From Deltaproteobacteria bacterium (GTDB lineage Bacteria > Myxococcota_A > Polyangia > Polyangiales > Houyiibacteriaceae): a DNA stretch of 14,482 nt. The translations under genes were made by a program, and so were the position numbers. The notes below the pieces were generated by a model, which worked only from the letters and a program-made list of their open reading frames with translations, made no database searches and was not told where the DNA came from. Positions 1 to 6,256 of this stretch are shown here, piece by piece; the stretch's first letter is position 1; each line of letters opens with the position of its first letter. The stretch is taken from positions 1 through 14,482 of the forward strand of contig JAXMNT010000091.1 of the NCBI GenBank assembly GCA_034670305.1, given 5' to 3'.

Positions 1-76
1 GCGATGCTCGTCGCGCTGATCAAGCGATCTGACCGCTGATCCGCGGGCAAGGGCAAAGGCAAGGGCAGGGGCAAGG
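1..76 (+). repeat. Terminal direct repeat, identical to 14407-14482
   Basis: gcgatgctcg...gcaggggcaagg (76 nt) occurs base-for-base at both window ends. It contains the last codons of the four-helix-bundle remnant (AMLVALIKRSDR*, TGA 37-39) and the start of a GGGCAA ladder. Confidence 0.97.
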
Positions 77-123
77 GGCAGGCTGCGAGAACGCCCTGCG
101 GGCGTTCTTCAGCAACCTGCTAG
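42..123. mobile_element. Right end of an IS5-like non-autonomous element (GGGCAA ladder, hairpin, terminal inverted repeat ending in CTAG)
   Basis: Its reverse complement (ctagcaggttgctgaagaa...ccccttgcccctgcccttgcc...gcccgcg) matches the left end at 13879-13942 (ctagcaggtcgctgaaaa...cccttgccgttgcccttgcc...gcccgcg). Perfect hairpin agaacgccc-tgc-gggcgttct at 88-108. CTAG at 120-123. Confidence 0.6.
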
Positions 124-126
124 AAC

Positions 127-303
127 CCCGTGCCCGTGCCCGTGCCCGGCTGCGCTCACACGTCCACGGCTTCCGCGATCGCCACGGCCACCGCGTCCGC
201 TTCCGCGACCGCTTCCGCGACCGCTTCCGCTTCCGCTTCCGCTTCCGCTTCCGCTTCCGCTCCCGCGTCCGCGTCCGCTTCCGCTTCCGCTTCCGCTTCC
301 GCT
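127..303. repeat. Low-complexity hexamer tandem repeats: (CCCGTG)3 then a degenerate (GCTTCC)n ladder
   Basis: cccgtg repeats at 127-147. A 6-nt-periodic gcttcc/gcgtcc/gcgacc array runs from about 169 to 303 and abuts the radical SAM stop codon. Confidence 0.92.
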
Positions 304-1609
304 ACACGACCTGCAGGCGACGTTTGGTCGCGAGGGCGTCGTGCAGGCTGCCGCCGGATGGCGTGGCCTCCATCGCGGTCTTCAACGGCACGCCGCCGAG
401 CACCACGTCGTCCTCTTCTACGAACTCGGGGCAGTCTTCGAGCGCGATCTCGAAGCGGCCGTGATCGAAGGGCACACCCTCCGCCGCTTCGACGCGCACC
501 AGCCGCTCGCGTTTGCCTTCGGCCTCGAGCATCAACGCGCGGTGGATGCAGAGTGGGTTGTTGCCCGGTTTGCCGAGCCACGAGTGCGCGGTGTAGCTGC
601 AGCCGCCGCGGCACGCGTCCGCGTAGTAGCAGTCGCGGCAGTAGCCCCAGAGGTCGTCGACGGTGCGGTCTGCGAGCCGCCGGAGCGGTTCGCGCTGCAG
701 GATCTCCCGCAGCGGCGTGACGCGTAGATCGCCGCCTGCGTAAGAAGCGGTCGGCAGTGAAGGGCAGCCCTTGAGCGTGCCGTCCGCTTCGATCCCCACC
801 GCGAAGGCGCCGGCACCACAACGTGTCCAGTGCGCGCCATCCGCGCCCCGGTAGCGCACCCACTCTTCGTACGGCCCGAAGTATCCGAGGTTGTTGCCTG
901 GCCGCAGGCGAACGGCGCCTGGCTCCAAAATCGTCTGCTGCATCCAGGTGAGCAGCGGAAACAGATCGAGCAACTCGTACGGCTGCAGCGGCAGCTCGGC
1001 GCGGTCGGCCGCGTTGCCGAGCGGAACCGTCAGCGCCACCTGCCAGTCGGTCGCTCCGAGTTCGACGAGCAGTCGGCCGAGCGCAGGAAGTTCGGGGAGC
1101 GAGAGCCGGTTGATCTGGGTGTTCACGGACAGCCGCATGTCCGACGCGCCCACTCGGCGCGCGGCTTCCACCGCCAACTCGTAGGAGCCGCGCTGGCCCC
1201 GTTGCGCGTCGTGGGTGCGGCCGATGCCGTCGATCGAGAAGCCGACGCCACGCACCCCGGCGGCCTGTGCTTGCGCGACCCGCTCCGCGTCGAAGTCGAA
1301 CCCGCCGGTGGTCAAACCCACCGCCATGCCAGCGTCGGTGAGTGCGCGCGCAACCTCGAGCCAGTCCGAGCGCAGGTAGGCTTCGCCACCGATGAGCGTG
1401 ACCTCCCGGACTCCGACTTCAGCGAGTTGTTCGACGACCGACATGGCCTCTGCGGTCGTCATCTCCCCTTCCCGCGCGTCCCCTGCTCGACTTCCGCAGT
1501 GGCCACAGTGGAGGTCGCACGCGAGGGTCAGTTCCCACACCGCGTAGATCGGGTGAGGGGCCGCTCGGTCTGCTTCGCTCCGGCTCCGGATCGGGACGGG
1601 GTCGGTCAA
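302..1609 (-). CDS. Radical SAM/SPASM peptide maturase, PlpX splicease-like (Y-X10-GDL-associated / nif11-class maturase 3 type)
   Basis: 435 aa, TTG start. YAVWELTLACDLHCGHCGSRAG (CxxxCxxC), LIGGEAYLR, and SPASM cysteines CGAG...GIEADGTLKGCPSL...WGYCRDCYYADACRGGCSYTAH...GKPGNNPLCIHR. This pattern matches the family as I recall it. Starts 3 nt after the stop of an XYG-ending ORF. The radical SAM/SPASM call is secure; the subfamily call is from motif recall. Confidence 0.85.
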   Translation of the reverse strand: MTDPVPIRSRSEADRAAPHPIYAVWELTLACDLHCGHCGSRAGDAREGEMTTAEAMSVVEQLAEVGVREVTLIGGEAYLRSDWLEVARALTDAGMAVGLTTGGFDFDAERVAQAQAAGVRGVGFSIDGIGRTHDAQRGQRGSYELAVEAARRVGASDMRLSVNTQINRLSLPELPALGRLLVELGATDWQVALTVPLGNAADRAELPLQPYELLDLFPLLTWMQQTILEPGAVRLRPGNNLGYFGPYEEWVRYRGADGAHWTRCGAGAFAVGIEADGTLKGCPSLPTASYAGGDLRVTPLREILQREPLRRLADRTVDDLWGYCRDCYYADACRGGCSYTAHSWLGKPGNNPLCIHRALMLEAEGKRERLVRVEAAEGVPFDHGRFEIALEDCPEFVEEDDVVLGGVPLKTAMEATPSGGSLHDALATKRRLQVV

Positions 1610-1612
1610 ATC

Positions 1613-2134
1613 TCAGAGCCCAGGGAGGCCGTAGATCAGCGGGTCGTCGTCTCCACCGCTCATCTCGGTGTACATCGCCGTGCCCCGCATTCTGGTCGGC
1701 GTCTCGGTCGCTGCCTCTGCTTCGGCGGCTTCTGCTTCGGCCGCCTCGGCCAAGCGCGCTTCGGCGGCGGCCTCCGCTGCCGCTTCTTCCGCGAGTGCTT
1801 GCGCAGCCATCGCTGCGGCCTGGGCTTCGGCGGCCTGCCGTTCGGCTTCGACGCGCTCGGCTTCGGCAGCCTCCGCAACGGCCTCCGCAGCGGCTTCGAC
1901 CTCGGCGATCGCCTCGAGCCGTTCCGCTTCCCCGTCGCCACAAGCCGACAGGCCGAAGAGCGACGCTGCAACCAGCCCACCCCGCAGCCCGAAGCGGGGA
2001 CCACTCGCAGCCGCACAGAACGGACACGAACGATCGGCGGGTGTGTCGCCGGCGATCACATGCCGGCGACAGGTGGGGCAGCGGGTGAGCCCAGCGGGAC
2101 TCTTCGCAATGATGTCGCGGTCGGGACGTTTCAC
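1613..2134 (-). CDS. Putative radical SAM substrate: lipoprotein with N-terminal Zn-ribbon, Ala/Glu helical stalk and C-terminal XYG motif
   Basis: CPTC...CPFC (2080-2015), hydrophobic GGLVAASLFG plus lipobox LSA|C (Cys at 1942-1940), ~75 aa E/A-rich helix, C-terminus DDDPLIYGLPGL*. Start placed at GTG 2134 (173 aa) because TATGCT lies 7 nt upstream. ATG 2146 or the ORF-track start at 2269 are alternatives. Confidence 0.8.
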   Translation of the reverse strand: MKRPDRDIIAKSPAGLTRCPTCRRHVIAGDTPADRSCPFCAAASGPRFGLRGGLVAASLFGLSACGDGEAERLEAIAEVEAAAEAVAEAAEAERVEAERQAAEAQAAAMAAQALAEEAAAEAAAEARLAEAAEAEAAEAEAATETPTRMRGTAMYTEMSGGDDDPLIYGLPGL

Positions 2135-2141
2135 GCCAGCA

Positions 2142-2147
2142 AGCATA
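2142..2147 (-). promoter_or_regulatory. Candidate -10 box (TATGCT) for a leaderless transcript of the precursor-radical SAM operon
   Basis: TAnnnT hexamer 7 nt before the in-frame GTG at 2134, with no Shine-Dalgarno. The same geometry occurs at three other genes in the window. Confidence 0.5.
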
Positions 2148-2282
2148 CATGGATTCTGCCCGCCACCATCGTCACGGTGCGGCGAGCCCCGCTCACTGCC
2201 GAACCACTCGCCGACGCTCCTGAACGACCGTTGCGCCGTCCCAGATCCCGACGCCCGCCAGGCGTCCACGTCCCGGCGCGGG

Positions 2283-2636
2283 CTACGAGAGCGACTGCTT
2301 CAGCGCCGCGATGTCCGGCTGGTGGGCGAGGAAGCCGCCGAAGAGCGCCGTGCGGTTGCCCTTCTTGTAGACCTTGCCGTCTCTCACCTGGAGGTCGCGC
2401 CGGGGCACGTCGTGGGTCTTCATCGTCATGCCGAGGAGGTTCTTCATCTCGACGCGGTCTTCGAAGACCATCGCGACGGGGCGCGAGACGTAGCCGAGGC
2501 CGATGACGGTCTGCAGCAGCCCCAGCCCGATGAGGAGCGGCTTGACCACGAGTAGGCCGGTGCCGCCGACGAAGAGGCCGGCGCACAGAATCACGACGCC
2601 GAGGGCCTTGTTGTAGTGGACGGGGATCGGTTGCAC
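2283..2636 (-). CDS. Small membrane protein (two TM helices plus a short soluble domain), hypothetical
   Basis: 117 aa, GTG start. Hydrophobic segments [21 protein letters not shown] and [17 protein letters not shown]. Protein-like composition, unlike the overlapping shadow ORFs. Confidence 0.75.
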   Translation of the reverse strand: MQPIPVHYNKALGVVILCAGLFVGGTGLLVVKPLLIGLGLLQTVIGLGYVSRPVAMVFEDRVEMKNLLGMTMKTHDVPRRDLQVRDGKVYKKGNRTALFGGFLAHQPDIAALKQSLS

Positions 2637-2764
2637 GGCGCGGTCATAGCACCCCAGGACCGCTCTTGCCCGCCGCCGCGGTTCGACCTTCGGGCGGGAA
2701 GAACCGAGGGGCCGTGTGCGGCGGGTGCGGTGACTCGACCGGCAGGTCCGTGATACCAGGATCC

Positions 2765-3715
2765 ATGCTCCGCATGGCCATCGCGTTCCTCGCGATCTCG
2801 TTTGCCGTCCCGACCACTGGTGAAGCCCAGTTCGGGCCGCAGCCCCCCAACCAGATGTACTACCAGCTGACGACGGTCGCGCGGCTGAACCCGCTCGGGC
2901 TCATCAGCTTTGGTCAGGTCACCTATCGGCGGCGGCTGTTCCGCAGCAACTCGATCTTCACGCGCGACAACTACATCGGCATCGGGGCGATCCCGACCGT
3001 CAGCCCGGCGTTCGGACGGATCGGCGCGCAGGTCGAAATTCAGCCCGTCCCGTTCTTGAGGTTCTGGGCGACCTACGAGTTCGTCGGGTACTTCGGCACG
3101 TTCGACTACATGCAGTCGTTTCCGGACGCGACCGCGGACTACTCGGACACGGCGCTCGGCGATCTCGGGGACGCGGACACCAACTACAGCATGACCGGCA
3201 GCCAGCTGACGTTGAGCGGGACGCTGCAGGCGAAGGTGGGGCCGCTCGCGATCCGGAGCGTGCTGCGGGCCACCCGGCCCGACTACGACCTTCGCGACGG
3301 CGACCGCGTCTTCTACGACATCTTCTACGACATGCTGATCGAAGATCAGAACTGGATGCTCAACAACGACTTCGACGTGCTCTACCTGCACGCGGATCGC
3401 TGGACCGCCGGCATCCGGTACACGTGGGCGCGCTCGTTCATGTCCGACGACGCGAACTGCAGCCTGACCAGCTGCCGCGACGACATCATCACGCACCGGG
3501 TCGGCCCGATCATCGCGTACACGCACTTCAAAGAGTACAAGGCACGCTTCAACGGTCCGACGGTGCTGCTGGCGCTCAACTGGTGGATCAAACATCCGTA
3601 CCGGACCGGCCAAGACGTGAGCCAAGCGCTGCCCTACATTCTTCTCGGCTTCAGCTTCAGCGGCGACCTGCTCGCCCCGCCCCGGGACCGAAGCAGCGAC
3701 GACGACGACGACTGA
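2765..3715 (+). CDS. Secreted, probable outer-membrane beta-strand-rich protein, hypothetical
   Basis: Start at ATG 2765 gives signal peptide [22 protein letters not shown]. Alternating aromatic beta-strand pattern (e.g. [29 protein letters not shown]). Strong GC3 bias. The beta-barrel assignment is inference. Confidence 0.75.
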   Translation: MLRMAIAFLAISFAVPTTGEAQFGPQPPNQMYYQLTTVARLNPLGLISFGQVTYRRRLFRSNSIFTRDNYIGIGAIPTVSPAFGRIGAQVEIQPVPFLRFWATYEFVGYFGTFDYMQSFPDATADYSDTALGDLGDADTNYSMTGSQLTLSGTLQAKVGPLAIRSVLRATRPDYDLRDGDRVFYDIFYDMLIEDQNWMLNNDFDVLYLHADRWTAGIRYTWARSFMSDDANCSLTSCRDDIITHRVGPIIAYTHFKEYKARFNGPTVLLALNWWIKHPYRTGQDVSQALPYILLGFSFSGDLLAPPRDRSSDDDDD

Positions 3716-3741
3716 GAGGCGCACCAGCACGGGGTGTGCGG

Positions 3742-3747
3742 TAACCT
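3742..3747 (+). promoter_or_regulatory. Candidate -10 box (TAACCT), leaderless start of the VOC gene
   Basis: TAACCT, 7 nt, then ATG 3755. Confidence 0.5.
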
Positions 3748-3754
3748 CGGGGCC

Positions 3755-4174
3755 ATGCGTATCGACGGAATCGGTGGCCTCTTCATCTTCTCGAACGACC
3801 CCGCGGCACTCGCGGCTTGGTACGGCGAGATGTTCGGGTTCGAGTGGGGCGACGACGCCGGACCGACGACGTACTACATGCAGCTCTGGGCGCGGGCCGA
3901 AGACGAGGACCGTCGCGTCGACACCAGCTTCGCGATCATGAAAGCGAAGCGTCCGCTTGCGGGGGTGCAGCCCCCGGAAGATCCGGAGGCCATCTACGGG
4001 CATCAGCCGTTCATGCTCAACCTGCGGGTGCGCGATCTCGACGCACTGCTCACCCACCTGCGCGCGCAGGGGGTCGAGATCCTGGGCGACTCGGACGAAG
4101 GCTACGCCCGCTTCGCCTGGGTCCGCGACCCCGACGGCCACCGCGTCGAGCTGTACATGCCCGCCGCCGAGTAG
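3755..4174 (+). CDS. VOC family protein (glyoxalase/bleomycin-resistance fold)
   Basis: [23 protein letters not shown]...[24 protein letters not shown]...[18 protein letters not shown], the typical VOC start and end motifs. Confidence 0.9.
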   Translation: MRIDGIGGLFIFSNDPAALAAWYGEMFGFEWGDDAGPTTYYMQLWARAEDEDRRVDTSFAIMKAKRPLAGVQPPEDPEAIYGHQPFMLNLRVRDLDALLTHLRAQGVEILGDSDEGYARFAWVRDPDGHRVELYMPAAE

Positions 4175-4187
4175 CGCACGACAGGAT

Positions 4188-4451
4188 GGCGTCGGGATCG
4201 GCTTCGGGATCGGCTTCGGCGTCGGGATCGGCTTCGGCTTCGGGATCGGCTTCGGGATCGGCTTCGGCTTCGGGATCGGCTTCGGGATCGGCTTCGGCTT
4301 CGGGATCGGCGTCGGGATCGGCTTCGGCTTCGGCTTCGGCTTGGGCAAGGGCCACGGGCCACGGGCACGGGCACGGGCCCTCCCGTTGCGGCTTCGGCGA
4401 CTGTCGCGACTGTCGCGACTCGGTCTCGAGGGCAAGGGCACGGGCAGGGGG
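4188..4451 (+). repeat. Hexamer ladder (GGCTTC/GGGATC/GGCGTC)x25 followed by GGGCAC/GGGCAA repeats and a 9-mer tandem
   Basis: 25 in-register GGnnTC hexamers at 4188-4337 with a 30-nt higher-order unit repeated three times (4231-4320). gggcac repeats to about 4378. gcgactgtc x2.7 at 4397-4420. gggcaagggcacgggcagggg at 4431-4451. Confidence 0.93.
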
Positions 4452-4512
4452 CGGTGAATAACAATGCGCCGGTTGGGGGGGGACCGCGTTCAGGAGGGGA
4501 AAGGACATCCTG

Positions 4513-5079
4513 ATGAAACGCCGCCACTTTCTCGGAGCTTCGCTCGCCTCACTCGGGTCGCTCACCCTCTTCTCCAAGACGTCGGTCGCCCAAGCCCCCG
4601 CGTGTGGTGCCCGCACGGACGACAACATCGAGGGCCCCTTCCACCGGCCGGGCGCGCCGTTCCGCGACGCGCTCCAGCCGAGCGGCGTCCGAGGCATCAC
4701 TCTGATGGGCGCGGTGCTGGGGCGTTCATGCCAGCCCCTGGCCGGCGCGGTGCTCGATGTGTGGCAGGCGGACGCGGACGGGGACTACGACCTCGCCGGG
4801 TTCTCCCAGCGGGGTCAGCTCCGCACCGACGCGAGCGGCCAATTCCGACTCACCACCATTCACCCGGGCCGCTACCGCGCGGGCGGCCTGGTGCGGCCGT
4901 CGCACATCCACGTGAAGGTGCACGCGAACGGTCACCCGCCGCTGACGACGCAGCTCTACTTCCCAGGCGATCCCCACAACGACACCGACCCGTGGTTCCG
5001 GTCTTCGTTGCTGCTCACTCAGCGTCCGCGCGGGTGTCATCCCCGGCCGGCGAGCTACCGGTTCGTGTTCCGTCTCTGA
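4513..5079 (+). CDS. Intradiol ring-cleavage dioxygenase-like protein with twin-arginine signal peptide
   Basis: MKRRHFLGASLA (Tat-like). Motifs EGPF, DVWQADADGDY, RGQLRTDASGQF, TIHPGRY, RPSHIHVKV, LTTQLYF supply the 2 Tyr + 2 His iron ligands. Purine-rich RBS upstream. Confidence 0.88.
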   Translation: MKRRHFLGASLASLGSLTLFSKTSVAQAPACGARTDDNIEGPFHRPGAPFRDALQPSGVRGITLMGAVLGRSCQPLAGAVLDVWQADADGDYDLAGFSQRGQLRTDASGQFRLTTIHPGRYRAGGLVRPSHIHVKVHANGHPPLTTQLYFPGDPHNDTDPWFRSSLLLTQRPRGCHPRPASYRFVFRL

Positions 5080-5097
5080 GGAGCGCGTCGCGGCTGC

Positions 5098-5433
5098 TCA
5101 GCCCTTGGCTTTGGGCCAGAGGTGGACCAGCCACTCGAGCGGCTTCTCTTCGTTCTTGGAGATGCCGTCGGCGGAAGCCAGCGCGTGCAGTCGTTCGAAG
5201 ATGGTCTTCTGCGCCGCGCCCCGCGAGATCGTCTTGGCCAACTCCTTGAGTTCGCCCCGGGAACTGAATCCCTTCGCGCCTTCGACGGCTCGGTCGAAAC
5301 GGGCATCGCCCATCTCCGACTTCAGTTTGCCGACTTCGCGCTGCTCGGCTTCCGAGTAGTTGCCATCCGCTTGAATGATCTCGCGCATGAGGCCGAGCAG
5401 GACCAAGTCTTCTTCGGGGGTGAGGTCGTTCAT
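5098..5433 (-). CDS. TerB-like (tellurite resistance TerB fold) protein
   Basis: Two ADG-x-x-S-x-x-E-type motifs (IIQADGNYSEAE, LASADGISKNEE) in a helical 111 aa protein. Start ATG 5433 has TAGGAT 8 nt upstream. Confidence 0.72.
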   Translation of the reverse strand: MNDLTPEEDLVLLGLMREIIQADGNYSEAEQREVGKLKSEMGDARFDRAVEGAKGFSSRGELKELAKTISRGAAQKTIFERLHALASADGISKNEEKPLEWLVHLWPKAKG

Positions 5434-5527
5434 CGCCGCGCATCCTACCCGATCCAACGTGCGCCGCTACGCCCCCTTTCCCTTGCCCGCACCCGCGCGT
5501 GCCGGAGCCGGTTTCCAATGCGCGCGC

Positions 5528-6199
5528 TCAGAACGTCTTGGGCGGGGCCGTGCGGCCACGGGTCAGCAGCGCGCGCAGCGAGATGGTGACGAGCAACCCG
5601 AGAAGCACGCCGACGAGGGTGACCCCGATGCAGACGAGGCGGCCCGGTGGCGCGTCCAGGTACTGGTGGGCGAGCATGGCGACCAGCACGACCGTGCCGC
5701 CACCAGCGAAGCCACCGACGGCGCCGGCAGTGCGGGGCGAGGAGAGCATGGCGCCACAGGTGCTGCCTCCAAGCAGCGCCGAAACCACCGGGCCGAGCGA
5801 GACGCCCTGGCCCCACTCGGGGAACATGCCGACGATCCACATCGCAGACCACACCGCCCCGGACAGCCCGGCCACGGCGAGGTAGCGCTCCCACTTCGTC
5901 GGAGGATCGTCCCGTGCGATCTGGGTGAGCTTCGGTGCCTTCTTGTCGGCCGGCGATGCGATCTGACGCATGCGGGGCGGCAGGGATTCCCAGAGTGCGT
6001 CGGCGCCGTGGGCTTCGAAGAGCTCGAGCAGGAGCTCGCCCGGCTTGGTGCCGCGCTTGAGCTTCGCTTCCATGTCTGCCTTCGCGTGGCCGTGGTCGAG
6101 CCAGAGATGAAGCAGCACGTGCGGCTCGAGCATGACCTCGACCTTCTCGGCGGAGGACGCCTTCAACAGGCGCAGGAGAATGTCGACGGTGGAGGCCAT
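5528..6199 (-). CDS. Hypothetical membrane protein (soluble N-terminal half, about four C-terminal TM helices)
   Basis: 223 aa with hydrophobic Gly-rich helices in the C-terminal half. TATCCT 6 nt upstream of ATG 6199. No recognisable family. Confidence 0.65.
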   Translation of the reverse strand: MASTVDILLRLLKASSAEKVEVMLEPHVLLHLWLDHGHAKADMEAKLKRGTKPGELLLELFEAHGADALWESLPPRMRQIASPADKKAPKLTQIARDDPPTKWERYLAVAGLSGAVWSAMWIVGMFPEWGQGVSLGPVVSALLGGSTCGAMLSSPRTAGAVGGFAGGGTVVLVAMLAHQYLDAPPGRLVCIGVTLVGVLLGLLVTISLRALLTRGRTAPPKTF

Positions 6200-6256
6200 C
6201 GGCCGAGGATAAGTCGCCCGGCCCGAGTTGCTCGCAAAACGCGGTTCGGACTGGGC

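Noticed and set aside
130-863. ORFs with (AS)n or (AE)n tracts, and similar GF/GS/DPEA/RS tracts around 4050-4700
   Set aside because: They are translations of stop-free hexamer repeats in several frames and overlap real genes; nothing singles out one frame as coding.
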